Below are positions 24,818 to 32,580 of a DNA stretch of 64,000 nucleotides, one piece after another. Source of the stretch: an uncultured Agathobaculum sp. (GTDB lineage: Bacteria; Bacillota; Clostridia; Oscillospirales; Butyricicoccaceae); assembly GCF_934504345.1 (NCBI RefSeq), contig NZ_CAKSVR010000006.1; one strand, 5' to 3'. Made by a program: the position numbers and the translations under genes. Position 1 is the first letter of the stretch. Every line of letters starts with the position of its first letter. The notes beneath the pieces are model-generated. The model was not told the origin of the DNA, did not search any database, and saw only the letters and a list, made by a program, of their open reading frames with translations.

Positions 24818-25019
24818 TTAAGGCAACACCGCACAATTAAAGCTGCGGCTCCTTGCGCAGGCTCCGGTCGCGCTGCCGCGGCGCTTTGTGAAAATTTTAC
24901 GTCCTGACTTTGTTGCGATTTCACGGTAATACAGCAAGTATTACCGCAAAATCGCGCCTCGTCAGTACGCAAAATTTATGCACAAATCGCTCTTGTTCAA
25001 TTATGCGGTATTGCCTTAA
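24818..25019 (+). mobile_element. Repeat family B, copy B2 (202 bp, one internal 32-nt module)
   Basis: TTAAGGCAACACCGCACAATTAAAG ... TTCAATTATGCGGTATTGCCTTAA. Confidence 0.8.
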
Positions 25020-25040
25020 CACGAAAAAAGGGGAAAATCA

Positions 25041-26288
25041 ATGAAAAAGGACAATACGCCGGTCGATATTGACTTTGCGGAGGCGGCGGTGCCGCATTAT
25101 GCCCGCCGCGGCATCGTGACGATGTTCATGATCATGCTGGGCTTCACGTTCTTCTCGGCCAGTATGTGGGTCGGTCAGGAAATGGCCGATGGACTGGATT
25201 TTGGCGGCTTTATCACTTCCATGATCATCGGCGGCATTATTTTGAGCCTGTACACCGGCCTGCTGGGCTATGTCGGCGCGGAAACCGGCATGAGCCTTGA
25301 CCTGCTGGCACGCAAGGCGTTCGGCCTCAAGGGCTCGTACCTGCCGAGCGCGATGATCTCGTTCACGCAGATCGGCTGGTTCGGTGTCGGCATCGCCATG
25401 TTCGCGATCCCGGTCGCAAATGAACTGCTCGGCGGCAGCACGACGGCGGAGTGGGTGCTCGTTATCATCGCAGGTGCGTGCATGACGGCCTCGGCCTACT
25501 TCGGCATCAAGTCGCTGACGGCCATCAGCTACATTGCGGTGCCGCTGGTCGCTGTTCTGGGCACGGTGGCGATGGTAATGGCGGTCAAGCGCGGCGACGG
25601 CACGATGATCGACCAGTTCGCCAAGTCGAGCGGCACGCTGACGGTCATCGGCGGTGCGGGTCTGGTCATCGGCTCGTTCGTTTCGGGCGGTACGGCGACC
25701 CCGAACTTCTCCCGCTTCGCCCGCAATGGCAAGGTCGGCGCCATCACGACCGTTATCGCGTTCTTCATCGGCAACTCGCTGATGTTCTTCTTCGGCGGTA
25801 TTTCGTCGGTTTATGTCGGCGGCAACGACATTTTTGAGGTCATGATCAACCTCGGTCTGTTCTATCTGGCAATCCTGGTGCTCGGCCTCAATATCTGGAC
25901 CACCAACGACAACGCGCTGTATTCGGCGGGTCTGGGTCTGGCGAACATTTTCGGCCAGAAGAAAAAGACGATGGTGCTCATTTCCGGCATTGTCGGCACG
26001 GTGCTGTCGGTCTGGCTGTACTGGAATTTCACCGGCTGGCTGAATATCCTCAACTGCACGCTGCCGCCGGTCGGCATCATTCTGGTGCTCAGTTTCTTTA
26101 TGCACCGCGAGCAGTACAAGGACGTTGCGGTGACGGAAAATGTCAACTGGTTTGCCGTTCTCGGCGTTGTGGTCGGCGCGGTCGTGGCCAATATCGTACC
26201 GTGGGGTATCGCATCCATCAACGGCATGGTGGTCGCAGCGGTGTGCTATCTGCTTGGCAGCAAGGCCAAGGCAACACCGCACAATTAA
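25041..26288 (+). CDS. codB: Cytosine permease (NCS1 family)
   Basis: 415 aa, 12 TM spans, CodB-like throughout. The last 6 codons and the stop lie inside repeat B3. Confidence 0.9.
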   Translation: MKKDNTPVDIDFAEAAVPHYARRGIVTMFMIMLGFTFFSASMWVGQEMADGLDFGGFITSMIIGGIILSLYTGLLGYVGAETGMSLDLLARKAFGLKGSYLPSAMISFTQIGWFGVGIAMFAIPVANELLGGSTTAEWVLVIIAGACMTASAYFGIKSLTAISYIAVPLVAVLGTVAMVMAVKRGDGTMIDQFAKSSGTLTVIGGAGLVIGSFVSGGTATPNFSRFARNGKVGAITTVIAFFIGNSLMFFFGGISSVYVGGNDIFEVMINLGLFYLAILVLGLNIWTTNDNALYSAGLGLANIFGQKKKTMVLISGIVGTVLSVWLYWNFTGWLNILNCTLPPVGIILVLSFFMHREQYKDVAVTENVNWFAVLGVVVGAVVANIVPWGIASINGMVVAAVCYLLGSKAKATPHN

Positions 26289-26500
26289 AGCTGCGGCTCC
26301 TTGCGCAGGCTCCGGTCGCGCTGCCGCGGCGCTTTGTGGAAATTTTGTGCTCTGACTTTGGCTTCGGTTCCTTGCGCGAGTTCCGTCCGCGCTGCCGAGA
26401 TTTTTTGCAATACGTCAAGTATTGCTGCAAAACCGCGCCTCGTCAGTACGCAAAATTTACTCACAAATCGCTCTTGTTCAATTATGCGGTATTGCCTTAA
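26266..26500 (+). mobile_element. Repeat family B, copy B3 (235 bp, two internal 32-nt modules)
   Basis: CCAAGGCAACACCGC... ...GCGGTATTGCCTTAA. The central hairpin has compensatory changes (GCAATAC/GTATTGC). Confidence 0.8.
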
Positions 26501-26590
26501 AAAACTGAAAATGGTGAGAGAAAGGGCAGGCTGTCGCGAAACCACGGTTTCGCCGACAAGCAGGAACGGACCGTGGGCCGTTCCAAAGTC

Positions 26591-26756
26591 GTCCGAAAGT
26601 TCCTGTATAGAAACTTTCTCCCTCTCAGGGTATAAAAACCGGCGCTATCCTTGCGCGGCTTCTCGGCCGCGCTGCGCTGGTACACGCCCTGCCTTTTTAT
26701 GAATTTGCACGGCAAATTCTATTTCATGCGCGCTGCCGCGCGATAGGATAAAATTG
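26591..26756 (+). repeat. Repeat family C, copy 2
   Basis: Similar to 10344-10485, with an extra palindromic insert GAATTTGC-ACG-GCAAATTC. Confidence 0.6.
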
Positions 26757-26785
26757 GTTCAATACCGACTTTTTCGACAAACTGA

Positions 26786-26815
26786 AAGGGCGTTCCCGGC
26801 GGGAACGCCCTTTTT
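26786..26815 (+). terminator. Intrinsic terminator
   Basis: AAGGGCGTTCCC-GGC-GGGAACGCCCTT followed by TTT. Confidence 0.75.
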
Positions 26816-26997
26816 GCACAAAACTTGTACACAGGCTGGGGATAAGTTCTGTGCACAAGCCGATAAAAAAATCCACTGGTGTAATTTTCATATGCAGGAA
26901 CAGATTGTCCGGCCGGTTTTTCTACATGAATTGCACGGTTTCAGTAAATACTACCACTATCGCAACAGAAATTCCGAAAATGGGAGGCGGAAATACG

Positions 26998-27540
26998 ATG
27001 AAAGCAACCGGAATCGTGCGCCGGATCGACGACCTCGGCCGTGTCGTTATCCCGAAAGAGATCAGGCGGACACTGCGGATTCGAGAGGGTGACCCGTTAG
27101 AGATCTACACCGACCGGGACGGTGAAGTGATCTTCAAGAAATACTCTCCGATGGGAGAGATGGGCGCGCTGTCGGCCGAGCTGTCGGAGGCGCTGGCGCG
27201 CACGGCGGGCATGAGCTGTGCCATCTGCGACCGCGATGCGGTGATAGCGGCGGCGGGCGGCGCGAAAAAGGATGTGCTGGAGAAGAATATCTCGGCGGAG
27301 CTGGAGCAGCTGATGGAAAAGCGCCTGAACTACGAGCGCGAACCGTCGGATGCACCCGATGTGCTGCTCTGCGCGCAGGACAGCTATGCGGTGGTGACCG
27401 CGGCGCCTATCATCACGGACGGCGATGTGAGCGGCTGTGTGGCGTTCGTCAGCGAAAAGGAGGACGAGCACGCGGACGAGGTGCTGCTCAAGCTGTGCCA
27501 GTCGGCGGCGCAGTTTTTGTCCAAACGCATTGCAGTGTGA
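26998..27540 (+). CDS. spoVT: Stage V sporulation protein T (AbrB-type SpoVT)
   Basis: MKATGIVRRIDDLGRVVIPKEIRRTLRIREGDPLEI... SpoVT/AbrB swapped-hairpin N-domain plus a GAF-like C-domain. The internal ATG at 26998 has a GGGAGG RBS. Confidence 0.92.
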   Translation: MKATGIVRRIDDLGRVVIPKEIRRTLRIREGDPLEIYTDRDGEVIFKKYSPMGEMGALSAELSEALARTAGMSCAICDRDAVIAAAGGAKKDVLEKNISAELEQLMEKRLNYEREPSDAPDVLLCAQDSYAVVTAAPIITDGDVSGCVAFVSEKEDEHADEVLLKLCQSAAQFLSKRIAV

Positions 27541-27555
27541 AAGGAGAGTATCACC

Positions 27556-27729
27556 ATGCACAAGCATAAAGAACGTGAGCCCAAGGCATTCCCGCAGTAC
27601 GACGACGCGGCGCATATCGACTCGGCAGCGGTGGCCGAGCTGCCGCCATGGGAGCAGCGGCGTGAGCCCAAGGGCGACCCGTCTGCGACAGCGTATACGG
27701 AGAAATACTGTGAGGGTCAGCAGAAGTGA
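27556..27729 (+). CDS. Hypothetical small hydrophilic protein (57 aa)
   Basis: AAGGAGAG RBS 7 nt upstream of the ATG. MHKHKEREPKAFPQYDD...YCEGQQK. Followed by a strong terminator. Not in the ORF track. Confidence 0.45.
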   Translation: MHKHKEREPKAFPQYDDAAHIDSAAVAELPPWEQRREPKGDPSATAYTEKYCEGQQK

Positions 27730-27734
27730 AAAAT

Positions 27735-27766
27735 GGCGGAACGATATACTATCGTTCCGCCGTTTT
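27735..27766. terminator. Bidirectional terminator
   Basis: GGCGGAACGATA-TAC-TATCGTTCCGCC followed by GTTTT. Lies between convergent genes. Confidence 0.8.
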
Positions 27767-27774
27767 ATGTTCGG

Positions 27775-28398
27775 TCAAATCATGTATTCGATGGTATTTT
27801 CCGCGGTCAGCCGGGTCTGGTCATTGAACAGCAGGATGGCCTCGCGGGTGTCGATCTCACCGAGGGCGTATACCTCGTGGGTTTCGCGCTCGAAACAGGC
27901 GCGCGGCACGAGGCGGTTGTATTCGCACGGGTGTTTGTACACCATGCGGATGCCGTCTGTATCGAGCGGGCGATCGAGATAGTACGGGTCGAACACGCGC
28001 ACCATGTCGTTCTCATCGATGCCGGTGAGCGTGACATAGTGTTCGCCGTCAAAGTGCAGGCGCACCACGGCCGCGCCGCCGCAGCGGAGCGCATCGCGCA
28101 GACGGCTGTTCTGCCCGAAATTGACCGCCGGGCCGGAGAGATACTGCGTGGAGATGTGCAGGCGGCCGATCCTGCCGAAGCCGTTCAGCCAGTTGCTGAG
28201 GAACATCATCGCCGCACAGGAGGTGCCGCTCTTGCCGCTCACGCCGTCCGAGCCGTAGCAGTCCAGACAGTACAGCATGATGTTTCGCACGGCCTCGGGC
28301 GGGATGTCCTCGCGCTCGAACAGGAACGCAAGTGCATTGAGCATGGAGGTCGGGCCGCAGTCATATTCGGAAAGCTGGTAGCGCAGCGGATTTTTCAT
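27775..28398 (-). CDS. Papain-like cysteine peptidase, C39-like domain protein
   Basis: QLSEYDCGPTSMLNAL catalytic-Cys context typical of C39-like peptidases. Start taken at MKNPLRYQ (28398). Confidence 0.65.
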   Translation of the reverse strand: MKNPLRYQLSEYDCGPTSMLNALAFLFEREDIPPEAVRNIMLYCLDCYGSDGVSGKSGTSCAAMMFLSNWLNGFGRIGRLHISTQYLSGPAVNFGQNSRLRDALRCGGAAVVRLHFDGEHYVTLTGIDENDMVRVFDPYYLDRPLDTDGIRMVYKHPCEYNRLVPRACFERETHEVYALGEIDTREAILLFNDQTRLTAENTIEYMI

Positions 28399-28552
28399 GG
28401 AGTGGGCCTTCTTTCTCGGTATTCCTACTGAATTACTATATATAGTAAAGTCAATGCCGGCCAATGTCAATACAAATTTGCGAAAATGGTATATTCATGG
28501 TATGATAGAGGGACTTCCCACCCACAATAGAGGGGAAAGGGGAGAAACAGCA

Positions 28553-29221
28553 TTGCTAAAACTGGTTCATGCGAGTAAAATATATGGTAAGAGCGGCGTG
28601 TGTGCGCTGAATGCGGTCGAGTTGACCGTGCAGAGCGGCGAATATGTGTCGATAACCGGCGCCTCCGGCTCGGGAAAGAGCACGCTGATGCACATTCTCG
28701 GGCTGCTGGACAGCCTGACGGGCGGGGAATATCGACTCGACGGCGCGGAGGTTTCCGGGCTGCCGCCCAAAGCGCGGGCGCAGCTGCGCGGCGAGAAGAT
28801 TGGGTTCGTGTTCCAGCAGTTCCGGCTGCTGGCGGGCATGACGGCGCTGGAAAATGTTGCGCTGCCGCTGGCCTTGCAGGGTGTGCCGCGTGCCGAGCGC
28901 CTCGAGCGGGCCGAAGCGCTGCTGGCGCAGGTCGGACTGGCCGAGCGGGCGAACCACCGTCCGCATCAGCTTTCGGGAGGGCAGCAGCAGCGGACAGCCA
29001 TTGCGCGGGCGCTGGTGACAGAGCCGTGTGTGATTCTGGCGGACGAGCCCACAGCCGGGCTTGATCCTGCCGCCGCAGACAGCGTTCTGGCGCTGTTCGA
29101 CCGGCTGCACCGGGACGGGCACACGCTGGTGCTCATCACGCATGATGAGCGGGCGGCGGAGCGCGCCGCGAGGAGGCTGTTTTTGGAGAACGGGCGCCTT
29201 TTTGCAGCGAAACAGAACTGA
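28553..29221 (+). CDS. ABC transporter ATP-binding protein (MacB/LolD/FtsE-like), no adjacent permease
   Basis: Walker A GASGSGKST, signature LSGGQQQR, Walker B ILADEP. TTG start at 28553 after a GGGGAG RBS (alternative ATG at 28502). Confidence 0.88.
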   Translation: MLKLVHASKIYGKSGVCALNAVELTVQSGEYVSITGASGSGKSTLMHILGLLDSLTGGEYRLDGAEVSGLPPKARAQLRGEKIGFVFQQFRLLAGMTALENVALPLALQGVPRAERLERAEALLAQVGLAERANHRPHQLSGGQQQRTAIARALVTEPCVILADEPTAGLDPAAADSVLALFDRLHRDGHTLVLITHDERAAERAARRLFLENGRLFAAKQN

Positions 29222-29240
29222 GATTTGCAAATCCGTTTTA

Positions 29241-29706
29241 GGAAACGGGAACGTGCCGCACGCGTGGCGGGCGCACAAGAGGGTAGACAACCTACGGTTT
29301 TCCACCCTCTTGTGAATCACCCCTTTTCCCTTGATTCCTAAGCCGGCGCACGGAACGGCTACGCCGTTCCTATTTGAGCTCGGGACCGAAAAAAGAGAAC
29401 GGCAGTACCGTTACCGGCTGATAGGTTCGGCTTAACGCCGCCCATTCCTCTCTCGGCTGCGCTCAAGCCGTTAGAGGTCTGCTACACTGCCTTTACGCAA
29501 AACCCGTGAAATCTGCCGCGATAACGCCGCATCAACGCAGGAAACGTGAGCCGATACCCGTTCCTTTATGCGAGTTACCTATGAAGTAGGGTCGTAAGAC
29601 CCGTTCGCGAGGTCGCCGAGGGAAAAGGGGAGCTTCCTAAGAGGGTGGAAAACCGTAGGTTGTCTACCCTCTTAGGCCCCGCGCGGGAGCGCCGTTCCCC
29701 GTTTCC
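29241..29706 (+). repeat. Repeat family A, copy A3 (466 bp, core plus inner arms, no outer 66-nt units)
   Basis: Ends GGAAACGGGAACG / CGTTCCCCGTTTCC are inverted. The inner hairpins CACAAGAGGG..CCCTCTTGTG and CCTAAGAGGG..CCCTCTTAGG mirror each other. Confidence 0.85.
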
Positions 29707-29791
29707 CAAACGGTGTGTCAAACCGTACTCTGCAAACCGAAATCAAACAAACCCACCCGGGTTTTCCCATAAAAAAGAGGAGGAAACGAAA

Positions 29792-30280
29792 ATGGACCGT
29801 CGGGACAAAACAAACTACTACCTCGACATGGCGCAGGTCGCGCTCGAGCGCGGCACCTGTCTGCGCCGCAACTTCGGCGCGGTCATCGTCAAGAACGATG
29901 TCATCGTATCCACCGGCTACAACGGTGCGCCGCGCGGCCGCGCGAACTGCATCGACATCGGCACCTGCATCCGTCAGAAGATGGGCATTCCGCGCGGAGA
30001 ACGCTACGAGTTCTGCCGCTCGGTGCACGCGGAGATGAATGCCATCATCGCCGCACCGCGCGACCAGATGATCGGCGCAACGCTGTATCTGGTCGGCCGT
30101 GATATGTCCACGGGCGAGATCATGGCGGATGCCAACTCCTGCACAATGTGCAAGCGCCTTATCATCAACGCGGGCATCGAAAAGGTGGTCATCCGCCGCG
30201 ATGCCGATACATACGACATCGTAAACGTGCACGACTGGGTGGAGAACGACGACACCCTCGGCAGCAGCATGGCATACTAA
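29792..30280 (+). CDS. dCMP deaminase (ComEB-type cytidine/deoxycytidylate deaminase)
   Basis: HAEMNAI and CTMCKRLI zinc motifs. Start at the internal ATG 29792 with a GAGGAGG RBS; the upstream ORF part is translated repeat A3. Confidence 0.9.
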   Translation: MDRRDKTNYYLDMAQVALERGTCLRRNFGAVIVKNDVIVSTGYNGAPRGRANCIDIGTCIRQKMGIPRGERYEFCRSVHAEMNAIIAAPRDQMIGATLYLVGRDMSTGEIMADANSCTMCKRLIINAGIEKVVIRRDADTYDIVNVHDWVENDDTLGSSMAY

Positions 30281-30305
30281 ACAGACACCGGAGAGAGAAA
30301 AAACT

Positions 30306-30944
30306 ATGTCAGTATTCGATATTTTCAAGAAGTTGGATGAAGAAAAAGCCGCAAAAGCGGCGCAGCCCATTGAGTGGCTCGTGGTCGGTCTGGGCAATCC
30401 GGGCGCAAAGTATGACAACACCCGCCACAATGCGGGCTTCCGTGCGCTCGAGGGCTACTGCGCCCGCAGCGGCCAGAAGATCGACCGCATGAAGTTCAAG
30501 GCGCTGGCAGGCGAGGGGATGCTCGGCGGCAAGCGCGTGCTGTTCCTCAAGCCGCAGACGTTCATGAACCTGTCGGGTGAAGCGGTGCGCGATGCGGCCT
30601 CGTTCTATAAGATCCCGCCTGAGCACGTTATCGTGCTGTCGGATGATGTGTCGCTCGATGTGGGCACGCTGCGCGTACGCGCGAAGGGCTCGGCAGGCGG
30701 TCAGAACGGCCTGAAGAACATCATTTACCATCTTGGCAGCGAGGATTTCCCGCGCGTTAAGATCGGCGTGGGCAAAAAGCCGCGCCCGGATTACGACCTT
30801 GCGGCATGGGTGCTGGGCAAATTCCCGGCGGAGGACCAGAAAGCCATCGACAAGGCGTGCGAGGATGCGGTGAGCGCCGCTGCGTGCATCATCGCGGAGG
30901 ACTGCGCCGCCGCCGCACAGAAATTCAACGGAAAACGTATCTAA
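30306..30944 (+). CDS. pth: Peptidyl-tRNA hydrolase
   Basis: GLGNPGAKYDNTRHNAGF motif. Confidence 0.95.
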   Translation: MSVFDIFKKLDEEKAAKAAQPIEWLVVGLGNPGAKYDNTRHNAGFRALEGYCARSGQKIDRMKFKALAGEGMLGGKRVLFLKPQTFMNLSGEAVRDAASFYKIPPEHVIVLSDDVSLDVGTLRVRAKGSAGGQNGLKNIIYHLGSEDFPRVKIGVGKKPRPDYDLAAWVLGKFPAEDQKAIDKACEDAVSAAACIIAEDCAAAAQKFNGKRI

Positions 30945-30957
30945 GGAGCTGGTTTGG

Positions 30958-31374
30958 ATGAAAACCGCAGTAGTTTACTATTCGTTTGGCGGAACGACCC
31001 GGTCGTATGCCCGCGCGGAGGCCAAGGCGCGCGGCGCAGATCTGATCGAGCTCAAGCCGCGCCGTCCGTACAACCTGATGAGCGCATTCGTGCGCGGCTG
31101 TCCCGAGGCGATAAAGCAGAAAGGCGTTTCGCTGGACGGGATGCCGCTGTTCGTCGGCTACGACCGCGTGGTGCTGATGGCGCCGGTCTGGGCGGGCTAT
31201 CCCGCGCCGCCGTTCAACAGCGCGGTCGAGCTGCTGCCGCCCGGTACGGAGGTCGAGGTCGTGCTGGTTTCCGGCAGCGGCAGCAGTGAGAAGAGCAAGG
31301 CGAAAGTGCGTTTGCAGATCAAAAAACGCGGCTGTACGCTCACGGCGCAGCGTGACATCCGGGCCAGCCGATGA
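30958..31374 (+). CDS. Flavodoxin-like fold protein
   Basis: [15 protein letters not shown]... N-terminus is typical of flavodoxin-like proteins. Confidence 0.6.
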   Translation: MKTAVVYYSFGGTTRSYARAEAKARGADLIELKPRRPYNLMSAFVRGCPEAIKQKGVSLDGMPLFVGYDRVVLMAPVWAGYPAPPFNSAVELLPPGTEVEVVLVSGSGSSEKSKAKVRLQIKKRGCTLTAQRDIRASR

Positions 31375-31390
31375 GCGGAAAGGATATGCG

Positions 31391-32233
31391 ATGAAAGGAT
31401 ATACCTATGTGCTCCGCTGTGCGGATGATACGCTGTACTGCGGCTGGACGAACGACCTCACGGCTCGGCTGGCGGCGCATAACAGCGGAAAAGGTGCGAA
31501 ATATACGCGCGGGCGCGGTCCGGTGACACTGGCGTACAGCGAAATGTACGACACACAGAGCGAGGCCATGCAGCGCGAGGCAGCCATCAAAAGGCTGACA
31601 AGGCCGCAGAAGCAAGCGCTCATCGACAGCCAGAGCGGCGGTGAGCTGCTCACGGTTTACGATGAGGACGGCCGCGCCTGCGGAGAACGCCCGCGGGCGG
31701 TCGTTCATGCACAGGGGCTGTTCCACCATGTGTGCCACCTGTGGGTGGTCGGTGTGCGGGACGGCGTGCGCGGCCTGTGGCTCCAGCAGCGGCAGTTCGA
31801 TCGGCCGCTGTTCCCGGGCGGCTTTGATCTGACCTCGACCGGCCATATCGATCCGGGCGAAACGCCGCTGACAGGCGTGCTGCGCGAAGCGCGGGAGGAG
31901 AGCGGCCTGCACCTGACGGAGGCTGATCTGACCGATGGCGGCAGTTACCGTCAGCGCTATGTGCGCGGCGAGGGAAACGGCTTTGACGATGAGCTGGCGT
32001 ATACATTTCTGGCGCGTATCGACGGCATTCCGCCGTTCCGGCCCGGCCCAGAGGTCGCGGAGATGCTGTTCGTGCCGCTGGCGGATTTTGCCGCCGCACA
32101 GGAGCAGGGCGCATCGCTCACCGGCCTGACACCGGACGGGCGCACGATGGAGATGCCGAACGAAGCCCTCTGCTGTCTGCACACCGAGGAGTGGCAGGGC
32201 GCGAAACCGCGCATCGAAGCACTTTTTGACTGA
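31391..32233 (+). CDS. GIY-YIG (UPF0213-type) domain fused to Nudix hydrolase
   Basis: N-terminus [41 protein letters not shown]. Nudix box [23 protein letters not shown]. Confidence 0.8.
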   Translation: MKGYTYVLRCADDTLYCGWTNDLTARLAAHNSGKGAKYTRGRGPVTLAYSEMYDTQSEAMQREAAIKRLTRPQKQALIDSQSGGELLTVYDEDGRACGERPRAVVHAQGLFHHVCHLWVVGVRDGVRGLWLQQRQFDRPLFPGGFDLTSTGHIDPGETPLTGVLREAREESGLHLTEADLTDGGSYRQRYVRGEGNGFDDELAYTFLARIDGIPPFRPGPEVAEMLFVPLADFAAAQEQGASLTGLTPDGRTMEMPNEALCCLHTEEWQGAKPRIEALFD

Positions 32234-32239
32234 AAAGAA

Positions 32240-32273
32240 CAGCCGCCTCCCACTTGACAAGGGGAGGCGGCTG
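32240..32273. terminator. 12-bp hairpin after the GIY-YIG/Nudix gene with TTGACA in its loop
   Basis: CAGCCGCCTCCC-ACTTGACAAG-GGGAGGCGGCTG. T-rich on the minus side (TTCTTTTC). Confidence 0.55.
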
Positions 32274-32282
32274 CCTTATAAT
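32254..32282 (+). promoter_or_regulatory. Perfect consensus promoter TTGACA-17-TATAAT (antitoxin-like RNA 4)
   Basis: Hexamers at 32254-32259 and 32277-32282. Confidence 0.65.
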
Positions 32283-32288
32283 ATCAGT

Positions 32289-32385
32289 ATGATGACTGCT
32301 TGCTGCGAACAAGCGGTCGTTCCGATTCAAGTTTATAGCTTGTGGAAACGCCGCTTGGTTTACGCTGAGCGGTTATTTCTTTTTA
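32289..32385 (+). ncRNA. Candidate type I antitoxin sRNA 4 (ends approximate)
   Basis: Runs from the consensus promoter to the hairpin CCGCT..AGCGG + TTATTTCTTTTT. The 3' end is antisense to the end of toxin ORF 4. Confidence 0.45.
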
Positions 32386-32456
32386 TACTCGAGGCATAAT
32401 CCGATGATCCCAACGATCAACAACCCGAACTGAATAAGATCGGAATAAGTAACCAT
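32373..32456 (-). CDS. Candidate type I toxin, 27 aa, holin-like-toxin type: MVTYSDLIQFGLLIVGIIGLCLEYKKK
   Basis: RBS GGAGGTGA 4 nt before the ATG at 32456, sequestered in the hairpin CCUCCG-GAA-CGGAGG. Not in the ORF track. Confidence 0.7.
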   Translation of the reverse strand: MVTYSDLIQFGLLIVGIIGLCLEYKKK

Positions 32457-32506
32457 GGTATCACCTCCGTTCCGGAGGAACAACCTGTCATCTTACTGAT
32501 AAAAAT

Positions 32507-32535
32507 ATTCTATCAGTGTTTATGGAATCCGTCAA
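32507..32535 (-). promoter_or_regulatory. Minus-strand promoter TTGACG-17-TAGAAT (toxin 4 mRNA)
   Basis: Reverse complement of 32530-32535 and 32507-32512. Confidence 0.55.
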
Positions 32536-32546
32536 TAAAAAACAGA

Positions 32547-32573
32547 AAATCCGCTGCATAAGCAGCGGATTTT
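32547..32573. terminator. Bidirectional terminator (ends the secG operon on minus)
   Basis: AAAATCCGCTGC-ATAA-GCAGCGGATTTT flanked by A/T runs on both sides. Confidence 0.8.
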
Positions 32574-32580
32574 GCTTTTT

